The notes under the pieces: model-generated | What the model was told of the DNA's origin: nothing | The model's input: the letters and a program-made list of their open reading frames with translations, nothing else | Databases searched by the model: none | In this document: one piece after another, positions 8,226 to 16,766 of the stretch | Position numbering within the stretch: position 1 is the stretch's first letter | Layout: each line of letters starts with the position of its first letter | DNA from: Candidatus Micrarchaeota archaeon | GTDB lineage: Archaea > Micrarchaeota > Micrarchaeia > Micrarchaeales > Micrarchaeaceae | Length of the DNA: 37,172 bases | Direction of reading: 5' to 3' | NCBI GenBank assembly: GCA_964498845.1 | Contig: CAZCIA010000001.1 | Span: 1-37,172, forward strand | Program-made: the position numbers and the translations under genes

Positions 8226-8639
8226 ATGGCCAGGGATGGTGACCCTGACAGGGGTAGCCTCTTGAAGAAGGCGCAAAGAGACTTCGAACTAGCCAGACGC
8301 TACAGGGACGCGAAGGAACTGGTGGCAGCCTCCCTGCTCTACAACAGCGCAATAGAGCGTGTGCTGCGTGCGCTCTTCATGAAGAAGACGCACAAGACTC
8401 CGCCAGAGAAGGCATCCATAGCATATCTTACCAGGCAGGCTGACCTGCCGACTGGCATAAAAGAAGAGCTGATGTCGCTGCAGGACGAGATGGCAGACGT
8501 GATGGAGGAGGAGCTGGAGATAGAGCATGCGGAGGAGGACATACTGACTGGTGTGGAGGAGAGGAAGGAGTACAACACGGTGCTCAACAAGGGCACCATA
8601 GCCAAAAGGCTGATGGGCTACGCCTACGCAAAAGGATAA
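8226..8639 (+). CDS. HEPN-like helical domain protein
   Basis: LLKKAQRDFELARRYRDAKELVAASLLYNSAIERVLRALFMKK resembles the first two helices of HEPN (PF05168-type). ATG 8226 is preferred over the TTG at 8154 because TATTTAAAT lies about 30 nt upstream. I saw no clear Rx4-6H motif and no adjacent nucleotidyltransferase. Confidence 0.5.
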   Translation: MARDGDPDRGSLLKKAQRDFELARRYRDAKELVAASLLYNSAIERVLRALFMKKTHKTPPEKASIAYLTRQADLPTGIKEELMSLQDEMADVMEEELEIEHAEEDILTGVEERKEYNTVLNKGTIAKRLMGYAYAKG

Positions 8640-8693
8640 GTAAGTTCGGGGCCATAGACTTGCAGGTATACCTAAGGGTGCCTGCGTGCTTCG

Positions 8694-9347
8694 ATGATTA
8701 AGGAGATATTCAACGGTGTATACAAGATAGACGGCAGGCTTGCAACAAGGAACATGCTGCCAGGCAGGAAGGCCTACACGGAGGAGCTGTTCAAGGACAA
8801 GAGCGGGGAGTACAGGATGTGGAACCCTTACAGGAGCAAGCTTGCCGCTGCTATACTCAACGGCCTGAAGCACTTCACATTCGACGCGATGAGCTCCGTG
8901 CTGTACATAGGCGCTGCCACAGGTACTACGGCAAGCCACATCAGCGACATAGTAAAGGGCGGCAGCGTCTACTGCATCGAGCTTTCGGAGAGGAACATGC
9001 GAGAACTTGTAAGAGTCTGCGAGGACAGGAAGAACATGCTGCCGATACTTGCCGATGCGAGATACCCCGACAGATATAACAGCATGGTAGATGAATGTGA
9101 TATAATTTACCAGGACGCTTCAGCAAGAGAGCAGGCGCAGATGCTCAAGATAAACTCAAAATTCCTCAAGAGCGGCGGTACGGCATACTTCGTTATAAAG
9201 TCGCAGAGCATCGACGTGTCGATGGATCCGAGGGCTGTATTCAAGAGGGAGCTTAGCCTTCTGAAGGACGAATTCGAGTTTATCCAGACCGTGCCCCTGG
9301 AGCCTTTCGACCGCTTGCACATGTTCGCAGTGCTTAGGAAAAAATAA
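8694..9347 (+). CDS. flpA: Fibrillarin-like rRNA/tRNA 2'-O-methyltransferase
   Basis: YRMWNPYRSKLAAAILNGL and the SAM motif VLYIGAATGTTASHISDIV are present. The 217-aa length is typical of archaeal fibrillarin. Confidence 0.9.
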   Translation: MIKEIFNGVYKIDGRLATRNMLPGRKAYTEELFKDKSGEYRMWNPYRSKLAAAILNGLKHFTFDAMSSVLYIGAATGTTASHISDIVKGGSVYCIELSERNMRELVRVCEDRKNMLPILADARYPDRYNSMVDECDIIYQDASAREQAQMLKINSKFLKSGGTAYFVIKSQSIDVSMDPRAVFKRELSLLKDEFEFIQTVPLEPFDRLHMFAVLRKK

Positions 9348-9367
9348 ATTAGATAGTTAGTGTTATC

Positions 9368-10192
9368 ATGAACCTGAAATCGTACGGCAGTGCGCTAGAC
9401 TATGCAGCCAAGAACGGAAGGCTTCTCATGTGCCGGTACTGCGGGGAGGAGAGCACTGCGATCGGCGGCATTGCGATGTGCTCCAACTGCGAGCTGCCAG
9501 TCAATACAGAAAAAGAGGCGCTACAGTCTAACGCCACGGCCTTCACAGCTATATCGAAGATAAAGGAGCTTATGGAGAACAGCGATTACGAGAACGCTGC
9601 GAAGGAATACGATGCAGTGTACAAGAGCGGCAAGGACCCCTCCTACTTGTATGCGGAGGCGCTGCTGCGCATAAAGCAGTCCAATGCGCAGATAGCGGGC
9701 ATAAGATATGACAGGAAGGGTTTCATGGAGGAGAACACGGCGTTCAGGGATAACGGCGCAAAATTGGCGTCCGCGGCGAGGGGGCTTCTCAACGACACGA
9801 TAAACGCATGCACAAAGCAGATGAACGAGGAGAGGCCACCGCTCGGCGTTGTTTATCTTGCATTCCTGTGCCATATGAAACTATCAAATCTAAGGGAGGC
9901 TGTGGTGCTGCTCAAGGTTATAGAGGGCATTGATAGCACCTACACAGGCGCATATTCAAGGATGATGCTGGACCTCAACCTGCATAAGCCGGAATCCGTG
10001 ATACGGAACGCAGAGCAATTGCTTAAGCCGAATTCCTTCTCAATCAACGCGCTTTTCTACATCGCTGTGGCGCTTTTCGACATGAAGAGATACAGCGACG
10101 CTAAGAGCATAATCGTGATGCTTCAGCCGCACCTGCAGAACGGGCAGACGATGGCACTCGCATCGGAAATAGAGGAGGCCATCCATGTATAG
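9368..10192 (+). CDS. Zn-ribbon plus TPR-like helical repeat protein, unknown function
   Basis: N-terminal CRYCGEE...CSNCELP gives a CxxC-x14-CxxC ribbon. The remainder is helical with TPR-like spacing (DYENAAKEYDAVYK..., RYSDAKSIIVML). Confidence 0.5.
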   Translation: MNLKSYGSALDYAAKNGRLLMCRYCGEESTAIGGIAMCSNCELPVNTEKEALQSNATAFTAISKIKELMENSDYENAAKEYDAVYKSGKDPSYLYAEALLRIKQSNAQIAGIRYDRKGFMEENTAFRDNGAKLASAARGLLNDTINACTKQMNEERPPLGVVYLAFLCHMKLSNLREAVVLLKVIEGIDSTYTGAYSRMMLDLNLHKPESVIRNAEQLLKPNSFSINALFYIAVALFDMKRYSDAKSIIVMLQPHLQNGQTMALASEIEEAIHV

Positions 10193-10727
10193 TGAGAGCA
10201 TGGCGAGAACGCTGATCCGAACGAAGAACTACGCGTTGCAGGTCATGCGCGCAAACCTTCCGAATGGAGTGAAGAAAAGGGTCACATACATCAGGTTCAG
10301 GCCTAATGTGATTGCGGTGCTTCCTGTGCTAAACAACGGAAAGCTTGCGCTGGCGCTGGAATACAGACCGCTGCTGAAAAGTTATATCTACTCTGTCGTG
10401 ACCGGCAAGGTGAACCGTGGCGAGACCTATGCCAGGGCTGCAGCTAGGGAGCTCGGAGAAGAGACGGGGTATCATGCCAGAAGGCTTAGGTTGCTGTTCA
10501 AGTTCTACATACTGCCTGGCCAAATCAGGCAGAACGCGGTGCACGCTTTCATTGCGACTGGGCTGGACCTCAGGAAAAGCAATCCAGAAATAGACGAGAT
10601 AATAAAGGTGGAGGCGGTGCAGCTCAACAAAGCGCTTCAGTCCATAAAAAGCGGAAAGATAATAGACCTGACAACCATAGCAACGGTGCTATTTTACGCG
10701 AGCTTCGCGAAAAGGGATTCACTTTGA
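10185..10727 (+). CDS. NUDIX hydrolase (ADP-ribose pyrophosphatase-like)
   Basis: The Nudix box GKVNRGETYARAAARELGEETGY fits GX5EX7REUXEEXGU. The gene overlaps the upstream gene by 8 nt. ATG 10200 is an alternative start. Confidence 0.8.
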   Translation: MYSESMARTLIRTKNYALQVMRANLPNGVKKRVTYIRFRPNVIAVLPVLNNGKLALALEYRPLLKSYIYSVVTGKVNRGETYARAAARELGEETGYHARRLRLLFKFYILPGQIRQNAVHAFIATGLDLRKSNPEIDEIIKVEAVQLNKALQSIKSGKIIDLTTIATVLFYASFAKRDSL

Positions 10728-12428
10728 TATGAAGATGAACTGCATCCCCTTCTTGTCGTCAAGTATGCAGTAGCCGAAACGCTCGAACTGCACTATCTCG
10801 TGCTCATTCAGCCTCTCTGCGTAGCTCTCTACGTACCCGGAAACCTTTTGCAGGCTATTCGGGCTGAAGTTGCCTTCGTCATCTACAATGGGCATTGGCA
10901 CGAGCACTATGCACTCGATGTAATTTCCCTCTGACACCCATTGAACTATCTTTCCCTCTCTACCTTCGCTCTCATGGGCGTCTATGGTGCTGCCCTTCCT
11001 TGTTATTTCTGCATCCTTGAAATCCTTTAGCCTTAGCTTCGTTCCAACCTCGATGTCTGACGCATCCTCCTTGCTTATGTAGAATGTCTCCTTCGTCTCG
11101 TATTCTCTGAACCCATAGTCGTTCGCGGGGTGCAGCCTGAGCTTCGCCTCTGAGTGCTCGTGCCCTTTTATCACTATCTTCACAGGATCTGGCACGAAAT
11201 AGAGGTGCTTTGCTATCGGGTCTATCGCCTTCTTGTTCTCAGCAAGCAGCATCTCCAAAGGAACAGTGCTGTCCGTCTTCGTCATGCCCAGCTTCGCCAC
11301 GAAGCTCCTTATCGCCTGCGGCATTATGCCCCTGCGCCTGAGCGCCATTATTGTCAATAACCTTGGATCGTCCCAGCCCTGCAGCTTCCTCTCCTCGATG
11401 AGCTTCCTTATCTCGCGCTTATGGGTTGTGTTGCCCTTTATGTTTAGCCTCGCCTCCAAGTGCATGCGCGGGACCCTGAGCTTGAGCGCCTCTAGTATGG
11501 CCCTGCTCTCCTCATCTCTTAGTTCATACTCCTTGCTGCGTATTATGTCGGTTATGCCGTTGAGAGAGTCCACTACAGGTGTATTGAACTCGTATGTGGG
11601 CCACACCCTGTATTTATTGCCTACACGGTAGTGGGGCACATCAACTATCCGCATGATCACTGGGTCGCGCATGGCCGTATTCTGCGAGCTCATGTCGCCC
11701 TTGAACCTTATCGTGGCGCTACCCTCAGGCATCTTACCATTTAGCATTTCATTGAAGATTCGTTTGTTCTCGTCGGTGCTTTCCTTCCTGTGCTCGCACT
11801 CCAATCCAAGGAACCTTCTCTCTTTCATCACCTCCCTTGTGCACGTGCACACGTATGCTTTCTTGGAGCTGATGAGCTGCCTCGCGTACTTATACATATC
11901 ATCCACGTGGTCGCTCGCATAGTATGTCCTGTCGAACTTCAGCCCAAGCCATTCGTGGTCCTTCATCATCGCGTCCACATATTCCTGCTTGCACTGCTCT
12001 GGATCGGTATCGTCGAAATACCTGTAAAACTTACCGCCGTATTTGTGGGCCACCTCCTCGCTGAGCAGCGCCTGCTTGACGTGGCCTATGTGCATGTAGC
12101 CGCTTGGCGCCGGGGATATCCTGGTTATGACATTGCCCTTTTCCGCCCCGTCTATCTCCAGGTTGGGCATCGTAGTCTTCTCGACAATCTCTTTAGCTTT
12201 CTCTTCGAACTCTTCCTTGAACCTGGAGTACTCTTTCTCCAAATCCGCCCTCTTCATACCGTTGATTTCCTTTACGGTGCTTTCGACCAGCTTCTTGAGC
12301 TCAGGTACCTGAGCCCCTTTTGCACTTTGGATCACCTTGCCGAGTACGCTTCCTATTTCTGCCTTCCCGTAATCGTGAGCGTTCTTTATCGCATACTTTC
12401 TTGCTATCTCTGTGATATCTGAACCCAC
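10719..12428 (-). CDS. gltX: Glutamyl-tRNA synthetase, archaeal/eukaryal type
   Basis: The class I HIGH region is SPAPSGYMHIGHVKQALL. The N-terminal helical extension (KYAIKNAHDYGKAEIGSVLGKV) is typical of archaeal GluRS. The GTG start at 12428 is preceded by GGTGA-N4. Confidence 0.85.
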   Translation of the reverse strand: MGSDITEIARKYAIKNAHDYGKAEIGSVLGKVIQSAKGAQVPELKKLVESTVKEINGMKRADLEKEYSRFKEEFEEKAKEIVEKTTMPNLEIDGAEKGNVITRISPAPSGYMHIGHVKQALLSEEVAHKYGGKFYRYFDDTDPEQCKQEYVDAMMKDHEWLGLKFDRTYYASDHVDDMYKYARQLISSKKAYVCTCTREVMKERRFLGLECEHRKESTDENKRIFNEMLNGKMPEGSATIRFKGDMSSQNTAMRDPVIMRIVDVPHYRVGNKYRVWPTYEFNTPVVDSLNGITDIIRSKEYELRDEESRAILEALKLRVPRMHLEARLNIKGNTTHKREIRKLIEERKLQGWDDPRLLTIMALRRRGIMPQAIRSFVAKLGMTKTDSTVPLEMLLAENKKAIDPIAKHLYFVPDPVKIVIKGHEHSEAKLRLHPANDYGFREYETKETFYISKEDASDIEVGTKLRLKDFKDAEITRKGSTIDAHESEGREGKIVQWVSEGNYIECIVLVPMPIVDDEGNFSPNSLQKVSGYVESYAERLNEHEIVQFERFGYCILDDKKGMQFIFISK

Positions 12429-13027
12429 TAATTCACCTGTATGTTATTGTTGTAGACGTTGCCGTTCGGCAGAACCAGGGCCTGCACGCTGACAGGCACG
12501 TTCGCCCCTGTAGGTTTCAGCATTTGGGCGGGCACAGAGAAGTTCGTGATGTTCGTGTAGACGTTGATTGCTGTACCGTAATAGTATAGCACCATTCTAC
12601 TTGGTATGCTTACGGATTCGGATCCGTTCAGCGCTATAGAGTTTGGTGGAAGCGATGAATAGAACGCCTGCTGCACCGTGTAGGGTGCATTGCCTGGTGC
12701 ATAGACTATGAAACCGTTGCTTGTAGGTATGAAATTCGTGATGGTGCCGTTGGATTCCAAAGCAGATAGAGTGCTATTGAGCGCATTGTCAGCGCTCTGA
12801 TTCACTAGCGTAACAGACAGGCTGCTTCCGTAACCGGTAACAACCGCGTTTGCGCTCCCGAACACAGGGTACGTGCTCTGCGTTATTGTTGTGCTGCTTG
12901 TAGGCGCGGAGCCGTTGTTGCCGAATGCGGCATACGAAGTGACGAACATCACGCCTACCACCATTGCTCCTAGGAAGAGCATCATCTTCTTTCTCTTTTC
13001 CTTCTCCATCGTACCCCTGCTTGACAT
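12428..13027 (-). CDS. Membrane-anchored extracellular protein, unknown function
   Basis: It has a charged N-terminus plus TM (KRKKMMLFLGAMVVGVMFVTSYAAF) and a Ser/Thr/Asn-rich ectodomain with several sequons. Its stop overlaps the GluRS start (TAGTG). Confidence 0.55.
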   Translation of the reverse strand: MSSRGTMEKEKRKKMMLFLGAMVVGVMFVTSYAAFGNNGSAPTSSTTITQSTYPVFGSANAVVTGYGSSLSVTLVNQSADNALNSTLSALESNGTITNFIPTSNGFIVYAPGNAPYTVQQAFYSSLPPNSIALNGSESVSIPSRMVLYYYGTAINVYTNITNFSVPAQMLKPTGANVPVSVQALVLPNGNVYNNNIQVN

Positions 13028-13084
13028 ATTTATTCGTATGTTTTTTATACGTATTCAATCAAATATAACGCTATCGGTAATTCT

Positions 13085-13801
13085 ATGGCTTTCAAGGATG
13101 GCGATTTTCTAGAGGTAGACTACAGTGCGTGGGACGCAGCGACGAACGAGCTCATCGCAACGACTGACGAGAAGCTGGCCAAGGAGAAGGACCTCTACAG
13201 CAAGGATTCGGTGTATGGTCCTACGCTGGTGATTCTAGGGTCGAACAGCGTGATAAAGGGCCTTGACAGGGAGCTAAGGGCCATGAGCCTGAACGAGATG
13301 AAGAGGTTCACATTCAAGCCCGAGGATGCATTCGGGAGCAGGCACGAGGAGCTTGTGAGGGTTATGCCGTTGTCGGATTTCAGGGCGAGGGACCTGAATC
13401 CGTATCCAGGGATGAGGGTTGAAGTGGAGAACATGACAGCCACTGTCAAGAGCGTCAATTCCGGCCGTGTGGTGATTGATGCGAACCACCCGTACGCAGG
13501 CAGGGACATAACCTATGAGGTAAGAATAATAAGAGATATAACCGAGCCGTCGCAGAAGGCGGAGGCGCTCGGAAAGACATACAACGTCAAGCCGAGCTCG
13601 GTCTCGATAAAGGGCAAGGAACTGGTGCTGTCTTACGACAGCAAGACGAGGAAGAACGCCGATTACTTTGTCGGCAAGTCCAGCCTTGTCGCGTCTATAC
13701 TGTCGCTGATGAAGGATGTAGAAAAGGTAGAGGTGGTTGAGGACTACGACAGGGCTGAGATAGCGAAGAGCAGCGAGCCGAAGAAGGAGGAGAAGGCCTG
13801 A
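13085..13801 (+). CDS. FKBP-type peptidyl-prolyl cis-trans isomerase, long archaeal (SlyD-like) type
   Basis: VIKGLDRELRAMSLNEMKRFTFKPEDAFG and DANHPYAGRDITYEVRII (the NHPLAGK motif) are present, followed by a C-terminal chaperone-type domain. Confidence 0.85.
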   Translation: MAFKDGDFLEVDYSAWDAATNELIATTDEKLAKEKDLYSKDSVYGPTLVILGSNSVIKGLDRELRAMSLNEMKRFTFKPEDAFGSRHEELVRVMPLSDFRARDLNPYPGMRVEVENMTATVKSVNSGRVVIDANHPYAGRDITYEVRIIRDITEPSQKAEALGKTYNVKPSSVSIKGKELVLSYDSKTRKNADYFVGKSSLVASILSLMKDVEKVEVVEDYDRAEIAKSSEPKKEEKA

Positions 13802-14017
13802 TCACTTCTTGTACTGGTAATAGCTCACTACCTTGCCGAACTTGTTGTCCATCCTCCTTGCTATGCAATCCAGCATGTCCTTTGGCCCATCATCTTTCAG
13901 GACTTTGGCCTTTACAAGGTAACCGTAGTCCACGCCAGTTAGGAAAACCTCCTGAACAGGCTTTAAGGAAAGTATCTTTTCTATGAATGCCCAATTATCG
14001 AAAGAGGGGATTCTAGA
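13802..14017 (-). CDS. Open frame of 71 codons without a canonical start; weak resemblance to a stand-alone Lrp/AsnC ligand-binding (RAM) domain; may be a pseudogene
   Basis: The frame reads SRIPSFDNWAFIEKILSLKPVQEVFLTGVDYGYLVKAKVLKDDGPKDMLDCIARRMDNKFGKVVSYYQYKK*. It is the same frame as spt4, separated from it by TAA-GTA-TGA. The only in-frame ATG or GTG codons are late. Its stop abuts the FKBP stop as TGATCA. Confidence 0.25.
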   Translation of the reverse strand, partial: SRIPSFDNWAFIEKILSLKPVQEVFLTGVDYGYLVKAKVLKDDGPKDMLDCIARRMDNKFGKVVSYYQYKK

Positions 14018-14023
14018 TCATAC

Positions 14024-14218
14024 TTAGCCCTTTATGTCGAGCGCATAGACGCTGTTCATCTTCAAGTTCATTTTCTTTGCGACTACCGACTTCTCAGAAT
14101 TAAGAATGATTATGTAGCCACCTATCTTGTCTGTCAGGTCCTTCGACCCGCACAGCGGGCACGTATCCGTGTGCCTTACTACAATCCTGCAGTTCTTGCA
14201 TGCCTTTTCCTCTGCCAT
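14024..14218 (-). CDS. spt4: Transcription elongation factor Spt4 (RpoE'')
   Basis: MAEEKACKNCRIVVRHTDTCPLCGSKDLTDKIGGYIIILNSEKSVVAKKM has a CxxC...CxxC zinc ribbon followed by the Spt4 NGN-binding segment. ATG 14218 lies 4 nt after the rpo7 stop. The longer track ORF would overlap rpo7. Confidence 0.85.
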   Translation of the reverse strand: MAEEKACKNCRIVVRHTDTCPLCGSKDLTDKIGGYIIILNSEKSVVAKKMNLKMNSVYALDIKG

Positions 14219-14222
14219 AGCA

Positions 14223-14801
14223 TCACCTTTTCCTCGATCCTCCCTTTCTTGCCCTCGCCCTTGCACTTACCAGGTTAGCCCACTCTGGCCTTCCAAGCCC
14301 GTCCGGCTTCATTGTCAGTGCAATCTTCGAGTCCTTTATCGTATTCTTCATGCTCACTGTTGAGACCTTAGCGTAGACGATGTCACCCTTCTTTAGGCTT
14401 ATGCTGCTTTTTCTTGACACGAATGTCTGGTTCTTCTTGTCGAATGTGAGGAATTCACCGGCTATCTGCGAGACGTGGACTAGCCCGTCCATGGGCCCTA
14501 TCCTCACAAAAGCCCCAAATTCCACCAATTCTGTCACCATTCCCGGAACGACCTCGTCGACCTGTGGCGTGTATGCAAGCACGTCGAACTCCGCATCGTG
14601 ATGCGTGGCTGGATCGCCAGGATATATGAGACCATCACCGATGTTCCTGATGTTGAATATCGCAACGATGACGCCCATGTCCTTGTCTATCCTGCCTTCA
14701 TACTTGTTCTGTATTATTGTAGTTGCCACCTTCTCTATGTCCTCGCCGAAGTACTCGGGCGGCATCTTGAACATGTCTCTTACGCTGTATATGCTGTACA
14801 T
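14223..14801 (-). CDS. rpoE1: DNA-directed RNA polymerase subunit E' (Rpo7) with S1 domain
   Basis: VPGMVTELVEFGAFVRIGPMDGLVHVSQI forms an S1 fold after an Rpb7-like N-domain. It has the conserved rpo7-spt4 neighbourhood and GGTGA-N4-ATG. Confidence 0.9.
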   Translation of the reverse strand: MYSIYSVRDMFKMPPEYFGEDIEKVATTIIQNKYEGRIDKDMGVIVAIFNIRNIGDGLIYPGDPATHHDAEFDVLAYTPQVDEVVPGMVTELVEFGAFVRIGPMDGLVHVSQIAGEFLTFDKKNQTFVSRKSSISLKKGDIVYAKVSTVSMKNTIKDSKIALTMKPDGLGRPEWANLVSARARARKGGSRKR

Positions 14802-14809
14802 TCATTCAC

Positions 14810-15184
14810 CTATCGCTTTAGGATTCCGCTCTTTGACAATTTGAAAACGTTCCCATTAACGGGCCTTACCTTCTTGAAGAGAAGCGTATCATTTGTTATG
14901 ACAACGATGTTATTATGCCTTGCGGCTGTGCTAGCTATCCAAGAGTCGACGCTCCCGTTATTGCTATCCACTTTAAGATTTTTAACCCTTATCAATGAGA
15001 GCGCGGCCCTGGCCGATGCGCCCTTTCTGCCTCTGTTCTTTGATATACCATGAAGCTCACGGATTATGCCTCTTGATGTCAGAAATGTGCACCTGTTGAA
15101 TCTCCTTTTTGCTATCCCGAATGCATCCTTCCTGAGAGAGATTCCGAATATTATGCTGCTTGTGTCTATTATTACTTGGGCCAA
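14810..15184 (-). CDS. PIN-domain protein, Fcf1/Utp24-like
   Basis: VIIDTSSII, IIRELHG and VITNDTLL supply the acidic PIN residues. The position directly upstream of rpo7 is the usual archaeal context for the Fcf1-like PIN (COG1412). TTG start. Confidence 0.7.
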   Translation of the reverse strand: MAQVIIDTSSIIFGISLRKDAFGIAKRRFNRCTFLTSRGIIRELHGISKNRGRKGASARAALSLIRVKNLKVDSNNGSVDSWIASTAARHNNIVVITNDTLLFKKVRPVNGNVFKLSKSGILKR

Positions 15185-15193
15185 AGAAACACG

Positions 15194-15556
15194 CTACCTT
15201 GCCTTGCTTTTCATCCTTTTTGTCAAGACCCCTAGCAGCACTACCGCGTTGTTGCGCTTTGGGTCCTTTGCCGAATACAGGAAGGTGACCGGATCGGCGT
15301 TCTGCACTATCTGGATGAGCTTGTCTAGCGTACGGTTGCCCTGCAGCTCCTTCTTGTACCGTTTCTTGAATCCCATCCATTTCTTAGGATCGTGCGCAAA
15401 CCACTTCCTGAGCTCGTTGCTTGGCGCGACATTCTTCACCCATATGTCTATATTTGAGGTGCTTCTCCTTATGCCTCGCGGCCAGAGCCTGTCGACGAGA
15501 ATTCGTTCACCGTCCGTCACTTCTATGTGCTCGTAAACCCTTTTCAGCTTGATCAT
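15194..15556 (-). CDS. DUF488 family protein
   Basis: IKLKRVYE...ILVDRLWPRGIRRS...IDIWVKNVAPSNELRKWFAHDPKKWMGFKKRYKKEL is the characteristic DUF488 pattern. Confidence 0.75.
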   Translation of the reverse strand: MIKLKRVYEHIEVTDGERILVDRLWPRGIRRSTSNIDIWVKNVAPSNELRKWFAHDPKKWMGFKKRYKKELQGNRTLDKLIQIVQNADPVTFLYSAKDPKRNNAVVLLGVLTKRMKSKAR

Positions 15557-15694
15557 TTAGACCGATTAGTATAGCCATAGTATGTTTTTAAGCCTTGCCT
15601 GATTTCATGTGAGAAAATTGCTGGCGCGCTTCCGCAAAAGAGAAAGTATTAAAAAAGAGATATGTATTATCTTGTTGGCGATAACGGTGAGCAA

Positions 15695-16072
15695 ATGAGC
15701 ATCTTTAACAAGCTGGGTGGTGTGCTGGGCACATCCAAGGAACTCGACGTAGAGGAATATATGAATTCTGCAGAGATGGAGAATGTAGACGTGATGAACG
15801 AACCAGCAGACTTTTACATAAAGCCGGTTGCATTGCAGCAGGAATCTGACCTTGCCCTGATAGAGGACGAGCTGCGCAGGAAGAATATCATACTTCTCAA
15901 CATATCCGAGATGGCGAAGAGGCCGAACACCCTCAAGGGCATGATCGACAAGCTGAAGGACTATGTGGCAAAGACGAACGGTGACATAGCGAGGCTTGAC
16001 GAAGCGAAGATACTTCTTACTCCGACAAAGGTAAAGATAATAAAGAGCAGGAAGCAGGCCCCGAGCAGATAA
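15695..16072 (+). CDS. sepF: Cell division protein SepF (archaeal FtsZ membrane anchor)
   Basis: The N-terminus MSIFNKLGGVLG looks amphipathic. The core FYIKPVALQQESDLALIEDELRRKNIILLNISEM...GDIARLDEAKILLTP matches the SepF/DUF552 pattern. ATG 15695 is preceded by GGTGA-N4, and TATTAAAAAA lies about 40 nt upstream. Confidence 0.8.
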   Translation: MSIFNKLGGVLGTSKELDVEEYMNSAEMENVDVMNEPADFYIKPVALQQESDLALIEDELRRKNIILLNISEMAKRPNTLKGMIDKLKDYVAKTNGDIARLDEAKILLTPTKVKIIKSRKQAPSR

Positions 16073-16762
16073 TTACCTGTCTTCTTTTGGGGAGAACGCT
16101 ACTGATATTGCTCTCAGTTCCTCTTTTGTAGGAGAGGACCTCATCATCATGTGCCTTAGCGCCATGGCGACGGCCTTCTTGTCGCGTATACCTTTCCTTT
16201 TAGATACAAAGATATCGATAAGCAGGTTTATCCTTTCCATCTCCTTGCAGTCTGGCGCTTCAGGCCTGTCCTTCCATCTTTCCGAGGCCGAAAATGCATA
16301 GAGCATTATGGCAAGTGCGTGTGATATGTTGAGGGCCGGGTACTCTTCATTTGTTGGTATGAATACGTTGGCGTCACACTCCATAAGCTCCTCCTTTGTC
16401 AATCCAGTATCGTCCCTGCCTATCAGTATGGATACCTCCTTTATACGGTTCCTTTTGATGAGCCGCAGCAGCTGGGATGGCTCATACACGTTGTAGAAGG
16501 CCTTGCCGGTCTTCCTCCATAGCGCGGTCGTACCCACAACGAAGGTGCTCTTTGTGGCCTCCCTTATGGACTTGAATGTTGCCGCCTTTAGAAGCAAATC
16601 CTTTGCATGTTTCGAGTACTTGATCGCTTCCCTGCCCCTGTAATTGCACCTCGGCCTTACAAGATTCAATTTCTTTATCCCGAAATTCTTCGATACCCTT
16701 GCTATGTAGCCCAGGTTTTGCTGGTACATCGGCTCTACTATAACCACATTGAGCCAGTCCAT
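16073..16762 (-). CDS. trmJ: SPOUT (SpoU/TrmH-family) RNA 2'-O-methyltransferase, TrmJ-like
   Basis: VVIVEPMYQQNLGYIARVSKNFG, ILIGRDDTGLT and PALNISHALAIMLY correspond to the three SPOUT motifs. Confidence 0.7.
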   Translation of the reverse strand: MDWLNVVIVEPMYQQNLGYIARVSKNFGIKKLNLVRPRCNYRGREAIKYSKHAKDLLLKAATFKSIREATKSTFVVGTTALWRKTGKAFYNVYEPSQLLRLIKRNRIKEVSILIGRDDTGLTKEELMECDANVFIPTNEEYPALNISHALAIMLYAFSASERWKDRPEAPDCKEMERINLLIDIFVSKRKGIRDKKAVAMALRHMMMRSSPTKEELRAISVAFSPKEDR

Positions 16763-16766
16763 TGAA

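Noticed and set aside
14810-15184. The PIN-domain gene (and, separately, the HEPN-like gene at 8226-8639) as toxin components of toxin-antitoxin or defence systems.
   Set aside because: The PIN protein has the Fcf1/Utp24-like pattern and sits in the conserved position upstream of rpo7-spt4, which is a ribosome-biogenesis context. Neither gene has an adjacent small antitoxin or nucleotidyltransferase partner, and the HEPN-like protein lacks a visible Rx4-6H motif.
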